Of a stretch of 64,000 nt of DNA, positions 1 to 9,928 are shown piece by piece (within the stretch, counting starts at the first letter, position 1; the number at the start of each line of letters is the position of its first letter). This DNA is from an uncultured bacterium (GTDB lineage: Bacteria > Desulfobacterota > Binatia > HRBIN30 > CADEER01), in the NCBI GenBank assembly GCA_965651925.1, contig CBFGUK010000002.1:15750-79749 (forward strand), given 5' to 3'. The translations under genes and the position numbers were made by a program. The notes beneath the pieces are model-generated. The model did not search any database, was not told the origin of the DNA, and was given only the letters and a program-made list of their open reading frames with translations.

Positions 1-261
1 CGGTGATGCACAGCGTCCAGTTCTCGACGGCACGGACGCGATGCGGCACCGCGAACCGCGCAGACGCCGCCGCGCCCGGCATGCGAAGCGGCAGCCGCGT
101 GCCGCCCGGCGCCACGCTTGTTGACCGTCCGGAGACTGCTACGCTAGGAGGGTTCCTTTTGACGATACGATGCCACCGCCGCCGCCCATGCGGGTGGCGC
201 ATCGCGTGGCCGGACGGGGTCGGTCCCGATCCCAGCACACACAGGAACCAAGGAGAGGCCG

Positions 262-2169
262 ATGAGCGCGACGCAGCCGCGGATGACGACCGAGCAGGAA
301 TCGAGACAGCTCGCCGAGGAATCACGCGAGCAGGAATGGGCGGGACGCGGATTTCTGCGTGAGCTGTTCCTCGGCGAGTTCAGCCTCGACCTCGTGCACC
401 CCTTTCCGCGAGTCGAGCAGGACCGCCCCGAGTTCACGAAGTTCTACAACGAGATGCGCGAGTTCCTGCGCACCAAGGTCGACTCGGTGGCGATCGACGA
501 AACCGGAGAATACCCGGAGGCGGTGGTCGACGGCCTGCGCAAGCTCGGCGCCTTCGGCATGAAGATCCCGACCGAGTATGGCGGCCTCGGCTTCTCGGTG
601 ACCGAGTACTGCCGCGTCATGGAAATGGTCGGCAGCTATGACGGCAACATCACCGCCCTGCTGTCGGCGCACCAGTCCATCGGCGTACCGCAGCCGCTCA
701 AGCTGTTCGGCACCCCGGAGCAGAAGAAGCAGTACCTGCCGCGCTGCGCCGCCGGCGCGATCTCGGCATTCGCGCTCACCGAGCCGCACGTCGGCTCCGA
801 CCCCGCCAGCCTGTCGACGACGGCCGAGGCGCAAGGCGACTTCTATGTGCTCAACGGCGAGAAGCTCTGGTGCACGAACAGCACGCTCGCCGAGCTGCTG
901 GTGGTGATGGCGCGCGATCCGAAGACCAAGAAGATCAGCGCGTTCATCGTCGAGACCAACTGGCCGGGCGTGAAGATCGAGTACCGCTGCCGCTTCATGG
1001 GCCTCAAGGCGCTCGCCAACGGCGTCGTCAGCTTCAAGGACGTGCGCGTGCCGAAGGAGAACCTGGTCGGCGAGGAGGGCAAGGGCCTCAAGATCGCGCT
1101 GATCACGCTCAACACCGGCCGCCTCACGCTGCCCGCCGCGTGCGCCGGCATCGCCAAGCAGTGCCTCGAGATCGTGCGCGGCTGGTCGAACGCCCGCAAC
1201 CAGTGGGGCCTGCCGATCTGGAAGCACGAGGCGGTCGGGCACCGCATCGCCGACATGGCGGCGACGACGTTCGCCATGGACGCGATCGCCAAGATCGCCA
1301 GTGCCATGGCCGACCGTGGCGGCTACGACATCCGTCTCGAGGCCGCCGCCGCGAAGGAATGGAACACGGTGCGTGCCTGGGAGATCGTCGACCGCACGCT
1401 GCAGATCCGCGGCGGCCGCGGCTACGAGACCGAGAAGTCGCTGAAGGGCCGCGGCGAGGCGCCGATCCCGGTCGAACGCGTGATGCGCGACTGCCGCATC
1501 AACCTGATCTTCGAGGGCTCGAGCGAGGTCATGCACCTGTTCATGGCACGCGAGGCGGTCGACAAGCACCTGCAGGTCGCCGGCGCGATGATCGACCCGA
1601 AGGCGACGGTGGCGACCAAGCTCGCCGCGATGCCGAAGATCCTCGGCTACTACGCGACCTGGTATCCGCCGCTGTGGTTCCGCGGCCTGACGACGTGGAG
1701 CAAGTACAGCGACTTCGGCCCGCTCGCCACGCACCTGCGCTTCGTCGAGCGCAGCGCCCGCAAGCTCGCCCGCTCGAGCTTCCACGGCATGGCGCTCTAC
1801 CAGGCGAAGATGGAGCGCAAGCAGGGCTTCCTGTTCCGCTGCGTCGACGTCGTCATGGAGCTCTTCGCGATGTCGTGCGCGGTCTCCTACGCGCGCAGCC
1901 TGCGCGATGGCGGCGGCCCGGAAGGCCGGCAGGCGGTCGAGCTCGCCGATCTCTTCTGCCGCCAGGCGCGGCGCCGCGTCGCGGCGTCGTTCAAGGCGCT
2001 GTGGAGCAACGACGACGCGAAGCTGAACGGCATCGCCGCCCAGGTGATGAAGGGCGAGGACGAGTGGCTGCTCGACGGCCGCCTGCCGTTCGGCTGGAAG
2101 CCCGAAGACTTCAAGACGACCTTCATCACGGCGCAGGATCGGCCGGAGAAGGTCGCCGCCGCCTCCTGA
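262..2169 (+). CDS. Acyl-CoA dehydrogenase, long-chain/ACAD9-VLCAD-like (635 aa)
   Basis: Translation has ACAD N/middle/C domains plus a C-terminal extension (…GMKIPTEYGGLGF…, TEPHVGSDPASL, IFEGSSEV). AAGGAG-like RBS (aaggagagg) lies just upstream of the ATG. Confidence 0.85.
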   Translation: MSATQPRMTTEQESRQLAEESREQEWAGRGFLRELFLGEFSLDLVHPFPRVEQDRPEFTKFYNEMREFLRTKVDSVAIDETGEYPEAVVDGLRKLGAFGMKIPTEYGGLGFSVTEYCRVMEMVGSYDGNITALLSAHQSIGVPQPLKLFGTPEQKKQYLPRCAAGAISAFALTEPHVGSDPASLSTTAEAQGDFYVLNGEKLWCTNSTLAELLVVMARDPKTKKISAFIVETNWPGVKIEYRCRFMGLKALANGVVSFKDVRVPKENLVGEEGKGLKIALITLNTGRLTLPAACAGIAKQCLEIVRGWSNARNQWGLPIWKHEAVGHRIADMAATTFAMDAIAKIASAMADRGGYDIRLEAAAAKEWNTVRAWEIVDRTLQIRGGRGYETEKSLKGRGEAPIPVERVMRDCRINLIFEGSSEVMHLFMAREAVDKHLQVAGAMIDPKATVATKLAAMPKILGYYATWYPPLWFRGLTTWSKYSDFGPLATHLRFVERSARKLARSSFHGMALYQAKMERKQGFLFRCVDVVMELFAMSCAVSYARSLRDGGGPEGRQAVELADLFCRQARRRVAASFKALWSNDDAKLNGIAAQVMKGEDEWLLDGRLPFGWKPEDFKTTFITAQDRPEKVAAAS

Positions 2170-2260
2170 TACCCCCGCGCGGGCGGCGGGGCTTTCCCTG
2201 CCCTGCCGCCCGTCGCCACTCCCCCGCCTTCCCACCAGCCGCCCGTATCCCGAGGGTTCC

Positions 2261-3487
2261 ATGGCGCGCATCGACGACCTGCGACGCGAATACGACGACT
2301 TCCGTGCACGCGGCCTGGCGCTCGACATGACGCGCGGCAAGCCGTGCCCCGAGCAGCTCGACCTCTCGCGCGGCCTGCTCGACGTCCTCGGCGGCGAGGT
2401 GCAGGCGGCCGACGGCACCGACTGCCGCAACTACGGCGGGCTCGAGGGCCTGCCCGAGGCGCGTGCCCTGTTCGGCGAGCTGCTCGGCGTGCCCGCGGCG
2501 CAGGTGCTCGTCGGCGGCAACTCGAGCCTCGCGCTCATGCACGACGCGATCGTCCAGGCGCTGCTCATCGGCACCACCGACGGTGGCCCGTGGCGCGACG
2601 GCGCGGTGAAGTTCCTCTGTCCGAGCCCGGGCTACGATCGCCACTTCTCGATCTGCCAGCGCTACGGCATCGACATGGTGCCGATCCCGATGGGGCCCGA
2701 CGGGCCGGACATCGACTGGGTCGAGCGCCTCGTGCACGCCGATCGCGCGATCAAGGGCATGTGGTGCGTGCCGCGCTACAGCAACCCGACCGGCGTCGTC
2801 TACTCGCCCGACGTCGTGCGCCGCCTGGCGGAGATGCGCACCGCGGCACCGGACTTCCGCATCATGTGGGACGACGCGTACGCGGTGCACCACCTGGTCG
2901 ACGATCCGCCGCCGCTCGCCGACCTGCTCGCCGCCTGCGCCGCCGCGGGCCATCCGGATCGCGCGCTGGTGTTCACGTCGACCTCGAAGATCAGCTTCGC
3001 CGGCGCCGGCGTCGGCGCGGTCGCCGCCAGCCCGGCGAACATCCGCCACCTCCTCGCCGGCTGGTTCGTTCAGACGATCGGGTACGACAAGCTCAACCAG
3101 CTGCGCCACGTGCGTTTCTTCCGCGACGCGGCCGGGATCGCGGCCCACATGCGCAAGCACGCGGCGATCCTCAAGCCGAAGTTCGACGCGGTGATCGACA
3201 TCCTCAATGCGCGGCTCGGCGGCAAGGGGATCGCCAGCTGGAGCGAACCCAAGGGCGGCTACTTCATCAGCCTCGATACGCCCGACGGCTGTGCGGCGCG
3301 CGTCGTCGCGCTCGCCGACGCCGCCGGCGTCAAGCTGACCAAGGCCGGCGCGACGTTCCCGTACGGCACGGATCCGCACGACCGCAACATCCGCCTCGCG
3401 CCGAGCTTCCCCGGCCCCGACCAGATTCGCGCCGCGATGGAGCTCGTCGCCATCTGCGTCGAGCTGGCCGCGCTCGAGAAGCGCTGA
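2261..3487 (+). CDS. PLP-dependent aminotransferase, class I/II fold
   Basis: 408-aa ORF. Motifs typical of fold-type I aminotransferases (N-term …LDMTRGKP…; later …TSTSKISFAGAGVGAV… with the Lys-bearing S-x-SK region). Clean single frame. Confidence 0.7.
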   Translation: MARIDDLRREYDDFRARGLALDMTRGKPCPEQLDLSRGLLDVLGGEVQAADGTDCRNYGGLEGLPEARALFGELLGVPAAQVLVGGNSSLALMHDAIVQALLIGTTDGGPWRDGAVKFLCPSPGYDRHFSICQRYGIDMVPIPMGPDGPDIDWVERLVHADRAIKGMWCVPRYSNPTGVVYSPDVVRRLAEMRTAAPDFRIMWDDAYAVHHLVDDPPPLADLLAACAAAGHPDRALVFTSTSKISFAGAGVGAVAASPANIRHLLAGWFVQTIGYDKLNQLRHVRFFRDAAGIAAHMRKHAAILKPKFDAVIDILNARLGGKGIASWSEPKGGYFISLDTPDGCAARVVALADAAGVKLTKAGATFPYGTDPHDRNIRLAPSFPGPDQIRAAMELVAICVELAALEKR

Positions 3488-3501
3488 TCTGTCGCACGTC
3501 G

Positions 3502-3560
3502 TCAACGCGAAGGCGCGAAGACGCGGAGCATCGCTTCGCGTCTTCGCGCCTTCGCGTTGA
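3502..3560. terminator. Perfect 24-bp inverted repeat (11-nt loop) exactly between convergent stop codons. Arms made of tandem GCGAAG-type units.
   Basis: tcaacgcgaaggcgcgaagacgcg / cgcgtcttcgcgccttcgcgttga. Aminotransferase stop at 3485-3487, lpd stop at 3567-3569. No U-tract, so not a classic rho-independent terminator. Confidence 0.45.
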
Positions 3561-3566
3561 ATCCGT

Positions 3567-4967
3567 TCACACGTTCAGCGCCCGGCCCCAGGCGGCGAGC
3601 GTCGCCTCGCCGATCATCTCCGACAGCGTCGGGTGCGGCAGGACCGTGCGCATCAGCTCGGCCTCGGTTGCTTCCAGCGTCCTGGCGATTGCGAAGCCCT
3701 GGATGAGCTCGGTCGCCTCGGCGCCGACCAGATGCGCGCCGAGCAGCTCGCCGGTCGCGGCATCGAAGATCGTCTTCACCAGCCCCTCGGGCGCGCCGAG
3801 TGCGATCGCCTTGCCGTTCGCCTGGTACGGGAAGCGGCCGACGCGCAGCTCGCGGCCGGTGGCGCGCGCCGCCGCCTCGGTGAGGCCGACGCTGGCAACC
3901 TGCGGCCGGCAGTACGTGCAGGCGGGGATGTTGTGCATGTCGAGCGGCTGCGCGTCGGGCACCCCGGCGATGCGCTCGACGCAGATCACCCCCTCGTGAC
4001 TCGCCTTGTGCGCGAGCCACGGCGGGCCGACGACGTCGCCGATCGCGTACAGCCCCGGCTCGCCGGTCGCGAGCCACTCGTCGACGACGATATGCCCCTT
4101 CTCGACGCGCACCCGCGTCCCCTCGAGCCCGAGCTGCTCGACGTTGCCGGTGATGCCGACGGCGAGGATGACGTGGTCGACGGTGGTTGGCGACACCGAT
4201 CCGCCGCCGAGATCGACGATCGCGGTGAGCCCGTCGCGCTCGCGCTGCACGGACTGCACGGTCGCGCCGGTGTGGATGCGGATGCCGCGGCGCTCGAAGC
4301 TCTTGCGCGCCACTGCGGCGATCTCCTCGTCCTCGGCCGGCAGGATCTGTCCGAGTGCCTCGACGACCGTCACCTCGGCGCCCATGTCACGATAGAAGCT
4401 CGCGAACTCGATGCCGATCGCGCCGGCACCGATGACCAGCAGCCGCTCCGGCACGTGGCGCGGCACGAGCGCCTCCTTGTAGGTCCAGATCCGGTCGCCG
4501 TCGGGCTCGATGCCCGGCAGCGCCCTGGGGCGCGCGCCGGTGGCGAGAATCACGTGCGGCGCCGCGATCGCCAGCGCCGTCTCGCCGCGCTCGACGCGCA
4601 CCTGCCCCGGTGCGGCGAGGCGCGCGCGGCCGTCGACGACGCGGACCCCGTGCTTCTTCATCAGGTGCGCGACGCCGCTCGAGAGCCGTTTGGCGACCGC
4701 CCGCGAGCGGGCGACGATCTTCTCGATGTCGAAGCGCACGTCCCGGGCCGCAAACCCGTGCTCGTCGAGATGCGCCAGAATGTGGCTCACCTCCGCCGTC
4801 TGCAGGAGCGCCTTGGTGGGAATGCAGCCCCAGTTCAGGCAGATGCCGCCGAGCTGGTCGCGCTCGACCAGCACCGTGTCGAGCCCGAGCTGCCGGGCCC
4901 GGATTGCCGCCACGTAGCCGCCCGGGCCACCACCGATGATCACCAGATCTGCACGCTGCTCAGCCAT
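3567..4967 (-). CDS. lpdA: Dihydrolipoyl dehydrogenase (E3)
   Basis: N-term FAD Rossmann DLVIIGGGPGGYVAA. Redox disulfide motif GGICLNWGCIPTK. 466 aa, full length. Confidence 0.9.
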   Translation of the reverse strand: MAEQRADLVIIGGGPGGYVAAIRARQLGLDTVLVERDQLGGICLNWGCIPTKALLQTAEVSHILAHLDEHGFAARDVRFDIEKIVARSRAVAKRLSSGVAHLMKKHGVRVVDGRARLAAPGQVRVERGETALAIAAPHVILATGARPRALPGIEPDGDRIWTYKEALVPRHVPERLLVIGAGAIGIEFASFYRDMGAEVTVVEALGQILPAEDEEIAAVARKSFERRGIRIHTGATVQSVQRERDGLTAIVDLGGGSVSPTTVDHVILAVGITGNVEQLGLEGTRVRVEKGHIVVDEWLATGEPGLYAIGDVVGPPWLAHKASHEGVICVERIAGVPDAQPLDMHNIPACTYCRPQVASVGLTEAAARATGRELRVGRFPYQANGKAIALGAPEGLVKTIFDAATGELLGAHLVGAEATELIQGFAIARTLEATEAELMRTVLPHPTLSEMIGEATLAAWGRALNV

Positions 4968-5056
4968 GCCGGCCAGCTTACCAGACCGGTGGCCGCGATC
5001 CTTACGCGGCGACGCGCATTGTCCGACGCGCGCCGCCGCTGCTAGGGTGTCCGACC

Positions 5057-5677
5057 GTGACGGCTCGCCCCCGGGCGCGGCGACTGCCGCCGGCCGACCG
5101 CAAGCAGCAGCTGCTCGCCTGTGCGATCCGCGCCTTTGCCGAACGCGGGATCGAACGCGCCTGCCACGCCGATGTGGCGCGCCTCGCCGCCGTCTCGCCG
5201 CCGACGGTCTTCAGCTACTTCCGTACGCGCACCGACCTCGTCGACGGCGTGCTGCTGGCGGTCGCCGCCTACTATGATCGGATGGCCGACCGGTTCCACG
5301 GCGACGATCGTCCGGCGCCCCAGGCCCTCCTCGAGCACGCCGTCGCCTTCGCCACCTCGATGGAAAGCGATCCGGACCACGCGCGCGTCCTGCTCGAATG
5401 GAGCACCGCGATCCGCAGCGCCGCCTGGCCGCGCTTCCTGCATTTCCAGCGCGGCATCCTCGAGCGCTGCGAGCGCACCATCCGGCGCGGACAGTTCGAC
5501 GGCACGATCAACCGCGAAATCGAGCCCGACACCGCGGCGCTGATGATCATCAGCGGCAGCTGGATGGTGATCCAGATGCGTTTCATGCACTGGCCCGCCG
5601 AGCGCGTGCATCGCTTCATGCTCGCGCAGCTGCGCGGCGCGCTCGGCGCCGAGGCAATCGCCCGCGCGCTCGGGTAA
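5057..5677 (+). CDS. TetR/AcrR-family transcriptional regulator
   Basis: N-terminal HTH …AIRAFAERGIERACHADVARLAAVSPPTVFSYF… followed by a ~140-aa ligand-binding region. Confidence 0.8.
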   Translation: MTARPRARRLPPADRKQQLLACAIRAFAERGIERACHADVARLAAVSPPTVFSYFRTRTDLVDGVLLAVAAYYDRMADRFHGDDRPAPQALLEHAVAFATSMESDPDHARVLLEWSTAIRSAAWPRFLHFQRGILERCERTIRRGQFDGTINREIEPDTAALMIISGSWMVIQMRFMHWPAERVHRFMLAQLRGALGAEAIARALG

Positions 5678-5805
5678 GCAGGGCGCACGGCGCGTCCGGG
5701 ATGCAGGGGGCGGAGGACACGGGGGTACCGAGTCGTGCCCTCCCCCCCTGCCCTATGCGCTACGCCCCCTGCGCCTGACGCACGTCCACCGCGTGCGGTG
5801 ACCGC

Positions 5806-6927
5806 TCACTTCGGCAGCGCCGCAGGTGGGATCGCGTTGGTCACCGGGCCGGTGAGCGCATGCATGAACGCGACGAGGTCGCGCTTGTCCTGCGCCGAGA
5901 GATTGAGCGGCTGCATGAGCGGCGAGAGGTTCGGGTTCTTGTTGCCGCCGCGGTCGTAGAGCTCCATGACCTCTTCGAGCGTGTTCTCGCTGCCGTCGTG
6001 CATGTACGGCGCGTTGAGCACGACGTTGCGCAGCGTCGGCGTCTTGAACGCGCCGCGATCGGCATCGTTCTTCGTCACGTCCCAGCGCCCGAGATCGGGC
6101 GTCGGCTTCTCCATGCCGACACCGAGGTTGTGGTACTTCTCGTCGGTGAAGTACGGCGGCGCGTGACAGAGGATGCAGCGGCCGCGGCTGAGGAAGATCG
6201 TCATGCCGCGCACCTGCTCCTCGCTCATCGCGCCCTTGTCGCCGGCGATGTAGCGGTCGTACGGACTGTCGCCGCTGACCACCGTGCGCTCGTACGCCCC
6301 GATCGCCTGCGCGATGCGCACGATGTTGATCGTGTCGTCGCCGAACGCCTTCTGGAACAGCGGCCGGTAGCCGGGCACGTCGCGCACGCGCTCGACGACC
6401 TCGTCGTGCGATCCCATCGCCATCTCGACCGGGTTGGTCAGCGGCCCGTGCGCCTGCTCCTCGAGATCCTTGGCGCGGCCGTCCCAGAACTGCGCCTGCG
6501 AGAACAGCCGGTTGATCACCGTCGGGCTGTTGCGCGCACCGAGCTGGAATCCGACGCCCGGCGACGTGCGCTCGGGATCGGCAAAGCCGTGATACGGATT
6601 GTGACAGCTCGCACACGAGATCGAGCCGTCCTTCGACAGGCGCGCATCGAAGTAGAGCAGCTTGCCGAGCTCGACCTTCTCCTCGCTCATCGGGTTGTCG
6701 GCGGGGATGTATGCGTCCTTGGCCTTGAGCCCGAGCGGCAGCTCGAGCGACCAGTTCCCCGACGTCACCACCTCGGCGGCCGGGGCGGCGGCCGCCGGCG
6801 CAGCCGTTGCCGCTGGCGCCGTAGCAGCGGCCGGGGCAGTCGCCGCGGCCGGTGCACTCGCCTGCGCGACCGCCAGTTGCGGAAATGCCACCACGAGCAG
6901 CGACGCGATCTGCCTCAGACTCCACAT
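5806..6927 (-). CDS. Di-haem cytochrome c peroxidase (CCP/MauG family), secreted
   Basis: Two CxxCH haem motifs (CASCHNPYHG, CILCHAPPY). Conserved …WDGRAKDLEEQA…GPLTNPVEMA… Ala/Pro-rich signal/linker at N-term. Start placed at MWSLRQIASLL (the ORF extends further upstream in frame, to 7080). Confidence 0.85.
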   Translation of the reverse strand: MWSLRQIASLLVVAFPQLAVAQASAPAAATAPAAATAPAATAAPAAAAPAAEVVTSGNWSLELPLGLKAKDAYIPADNPMSEEKVELGKLLYFDARLSKDGSISCASCHNPYHGFADPERTSPGVGFQLGARNSPTVINRLFSQAQFWDGRAKDLEEQAHGPLTNPVEMAMGSHDEVVERVRDVPGYRPLFQKAFGDDTINIVRIAQAIGAYERTVVSGDSPYDRYIAGDKGAMSEEQVRGMTIFLSRGRCILCHAPPYFTDEKYHNLGVGMEKPTPDLGRWDVTKNDADRGAFKTPTLRNVVLNAPYMHDGSENTLEEVMELYDRGGNKNPNLSPLMQPLNLSAQDKRDLVAFMHALTGPVTNAIPPAALPK

Positions 6928-6996
6928 AGTCACCTCCTGCGGCGGGTTTATCCGGCCGTGCTGGTGGTCGGCAACCGACCCGCCGCGGCGCCCTCG

Positions 6997-7026
6997 TTGA
7001 CAGCGCGCGCCGGGCGATATTACCTG
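6997..7026 (+). promoter_or_regulatory. Putative sigma70-like promoter (TTGACA-N17-TATTAC) in the ccp/sdh divergent region
   Basis: ttgacagcgcgcgccgggcgatattacct lies about 200 bp upstream of sdhC. Sequence-only guess. Confidence 0.2.
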
Positions 7027-7230
7027 CGCAAGCGGTGCGCGTCTGGCTGCATTAGGACATCGAATACGAACACGGAACATTACTCACGCCGGAACTCCTT
7101 GTCGCAGCTTGCGTTTTCGCACCTGACGTGGTGCATCGAAGCGCGCGTCGCACCGATGTCTCATCGGGGCACCGCGGGGCGCTTCGGCAAGGGTATGGCA
7201 GCAGTGAACGGGTGAGTGGGAGGCGCGTTG

Positions 7231-8067
7231 ATGGCATCACCAGCTCTGAGCGGCGGTTACGAGAGCGGCCTCGCCGCGACCCAGCGGAAGGATCGCTGGT
7301 GGGTGGAACCACTCTGGACCGGTCTCGGGTTCCTCGCCTTCGTGATCTACTCGAGCTGGGCGGCGTTCCAGGGTGAGCACTATTTCTTCAAGGGCTACCT
7401 GTCGCCATTCTATTCGCCCCTGCTGTTCACCGATCTCGCGCGCAGCGGCGCGGCACCGCTCGATCATGCCTGGTTCGGCGCATGGCCGGCGTGGCTGCGC
7501 AGCATCTGGCCGCCATTCCTGCCCACCTCGCCCGCCCTGCTCATCCTCGCCGCGCCGCTCTCGTTCCGTCTGACCTGCTACTACTACCGCAAGTTCTACT
7601 ACCGGGCGTATTTCTTCACGCCGCCGGCGTGTGCGGTCGGCGCGCTGCCGCGCAGGAACTACCGCGGCGAGACCGGGCTGCTCATCTTCCAGAACCTGCA
7701 CCGCTACGCGCTCTACATCGCGATCGCGTACATCTTCATCCTCGCCTACGACGCGTACCTCGCGTTCTGGCGCGACGGGCAGTTCGGCATCGGCGTCGGC
7801 ACGCTCGTGCTGCTGATCAACCCGATCCTGCTCGGCGCCTACACGTTCGGCTGCCACTCGTTCCGCCATCTCGTCGGCGGCCAGCTCGACTGCTTCACCT
7901 GCGACAACGCGGCGCGCGCGCGGCACGGCGCCTGGCAGCGCGTCTCGTGGCTGAACGCCCGCCACATGCTGTTCGCCTGGCTGAGCCTCGTCTGGGTCGG
8001 ATTCGCCGACCTCTACGTGCGCCTCGTTTCGATGGGCGTCATTCACGATCTGAGCACCTGGGGCTGA
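7231..8067 (+). CDS. sdhC: Succinate dehydrogenase/fumarate reductase cytochrome b subunit (b558, type B, five-TM family)
   Basis: Hydrophobic 5-TM protein with conserved His in TM helices, directly upstream of sdhA/sdhB. GGGAGG RBS 8 nt before the ATG at 7231 (the ORF-track start at 7216 is a GTG). Confidence 0.75.
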   Translation: MASPALSGGYESGLAATQRKDRWWVEPLWTGLGFLAFVIYSSWAAFQGEHYFFKGYLSPFYSPLLFTDLARSGAAPLDHAWFGAWPAWLRSIWPPFLPTSPALLILAAPLSFRLTCYYYRKFYYRAYFFTPPACAVGALPRRNYRGETGLLIFQNLHRYALYIAIAYIFILAYDAYLAFWRDGQFGIGVGTLVLLINPILLGAYTFGCHSFRHLVGGQLDCFTCDNAARARHGAWQRVSWLNARHMLFAWLSLVWVGFADLYVRLVSMGVIHDLSTWG

Positions 8068-8071
8068 CACG

Positions 8072-9928
8072 ATGCCTGATCTCTCCGACATGCAGACCGC
8101 CGAACACGACGTCGTCGTGATCGGCGCGGGGGGCGCGGGACTGCGCGCCGCCATCGAGTGCGGCCTGCAGGGGCTGCGCACCGGCCTGGTGTGCAAGTCG
8201 CTGCTCGGCAAGGCGCACACCGTGATGGCCGAGGGCGGCTGCGCCGCGGCCCTCGGCAACGTCGCGCCGAAGGACAACTGGAAGATCCACTTCCGGGACA
8301 CCATGCGCGGCGGCAAGTTCCTCAACAACTGGCGCATGGCCGAGCTGCACGCCAGGCATGCGCCCGATCGCGTCCGCGAGCTCGAGGAATGGGGCGCGGT
8401 GTTCGACCGTGCGCCGAACGGGCTGATCAGCCAGCGCAACTTCGGCGGGCATCGCTACCCGCGCCTCGCCCACGTCGGCGATCGCACCGGCCTCGAGATG
8501 ATCCGCACGCTGCAGGACAAGCTGGTGCACACGCAGAACGTCGCGGTGCACATGGAGTGCACGGCGCTCGAGCTGCTGCTCGACGGCGGCGCCGTCGCCG
8601 GCGTGCTCTGCTACTGGCGCGAGACCGGCCGGCTGTTCCTGATCAAGACGAAGGCCGTCGTGCTCGCCACCGGCGGCGGCGGACGCGCCTGGCGCTTCAC
8701 CTCGAACTCCTGGGAGTACACCGGCGACGGCTACGCGCTCGCCTACGGCGCCGGCGCCGAGCTGATCGACATGGAGTTCACGCAGTTCCATCCGACCGGC
8801 ATGGTCTGGCCGCCGTCGGTGCGCGGCATCCTGGTCACCGAGGGCGTGCGCGGCGACGGCGGCGTGCTGAAGAACAAGGACGGCGAGCGGTTCATGTTCC
8901 GCTACATCCCGGAGAAGTTCGCCGCCGAGACCGCCGACACGATCGAGGAAGCCGATCGCTGGCTCGTCGATTCGGCGAAGAACCGCCGCCCGCCGGAGCT
9001 GCTGACCCGCGACGTCGTCGCCCGCGCGATCACGCGCGAGGTCGTCGAGGGCCGCGGCTCGCCGCACGGCGGCGTGTTCCTCGACATCGCCTCGCGCCGC
9101 GATCCCGACTTCATCCGCCGCAAGCTCCCGTCGATGTACCACCAGTTCAAGGAGCTCGCCGGCGTCGACATCACGGCCGAGCCGATGGAGGTCGGACCGA
9201 CGCTGCACTACTTCATGGGTGGCATCCGCGTCGATCCCGACACGCAGATGGCGACCGTGCCCGGCGTGTTCGCCTGCGGCGAGTGTTCCGGCGGCATGCA
9301 CGGCGCGAACCGGCTCGGCGGCAATTCGCTCTCCGACCTGCTCGTCTTCGGCCACCTCGCCGGCGTCGGCGCCGCCGACTACGTGCGCCGCATCGGAAGG
9401 ACCCCGACGGTCGACCAGGCGCAGGTGCAGGCAGCGGTCCGACGCGCCACCGATCCGCTCAATCGCCCGGAGGGGATCAACCCGTACCTGGTCACCGAGC
9501 ACCTGCAGAAGATCATGGACCGCTACGTCAACATCGTGCGCGAGCGCGCCGAGCTCGAGACCGCGCTCACCGAGCTCGAGACGCTCAAGGGCGAGATCGC
9601 CCAGGTCAAGGCGCCCGGTGCGGCGCAGTACAATCCCGGCTGGCACGAGGCCATCGCGCTCAGCTCGCTCGTCGTCACCGCCGAGGCGGTGACCCGCGCC
9701 GCGCTGATCCGCGAGGAAAGCCGCGGCGGCCACACGCGCGTCGACTTCCCCGGCGAGCGCGACGAGTGGGTGAAGGTCAATGTCGTGGCGCGGCGCGCCG
9801 CCGACGGCACCATGGAGGTGCGCAAGGAGACGCGTCCGGAGCCGCCGGCGGAACTGGCGGGGATCGCCTACGCGACGCTCGAGCAGCTCGAGGGCCCGGG
9901 CGCGGCATCGGAGAAGGGATCGTCATGA
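8072..9928 (+). CDS. sdhA: Succinate dehydrogenase flavoprotein subunit
   Basis: DVVVIGAGGAGLRAA FAD fold. RSHTV-like and HYxMGG motifs (…AHTVMAEGG…, …LHYFMGGIRVD…). 618 aa. Confidence 0.9.
   Translation: MPDLSDMQTAEHDVVVIGAGGAGLRAAIECGLQGLRTGLVCKSLLGKAHTVMAEGGCAAALGNVAPKDNWKIHFRDTMRGGKFLNNWRMAELHARHAPDRVRELEEWGAVFDRAPNGLISQRNFGGHRYPRLAHVGDRTGLEMIRTLQDKLVHTQNVAVHMECTALELLLDGGAVAGVLCYWRETGRLFLIKTKAVVLATGGGGRAWRFTSNSWEYTGDGYALAYGAGAELIDMEFTQFHPTGMVWPPSVRGILVTEGVRGDGGVLKNKDGERFMFRYIPEKFAAETADTIEEADRWLVDSAKNRRPPELLTRDVVARAITREVVEGRGSPHGGVFLDIASRRDPDFIRRKLPSMYHQFKELAGVDITAEPMEVGPTLHYFMGGIRVDPDTQMATVPGVFACGECSGGMHGANRLGGNSLSDLLVFGHLAGVGAADYVRRIGRTPTVDQAQVQAAVRRATDPLNRPEGINPYLVTEHLQKIMDRYVNIVRERAELETALTELETLKGEIAQVKAPGAAQYNPGWHEAIALSSLVVTAEAVTRAALIREESRGGHTRVDFPGERDEWVKVNVVARRAADGTMEVRKETRPEPPAELAGIAYATLEQLEGPGAASEKGSS

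Noticed and set aside
322-2430. 702-aa antisense ORF (and 870..2330 +, 486 aa) overlapping the acyl-CoA dehydrogenase gene
   Set aside because: Arg/Ala/Gly-rich low-complexity translation typical of out-of-frame reading of high-GC coding DNA. The ACAD frame has clear domain motifs.
8039-9733. 564-aa minus-strand ORF and the 5' 590 aa of the 8158..10701 plus-strand ORF
   Set aside because: Both overlap sdhA. Only the 8072..9928 frame gives Sdh flavoprotein motifs. The long +1 ORF merely fuses sdhB to out-of-frame sdhA sequence.
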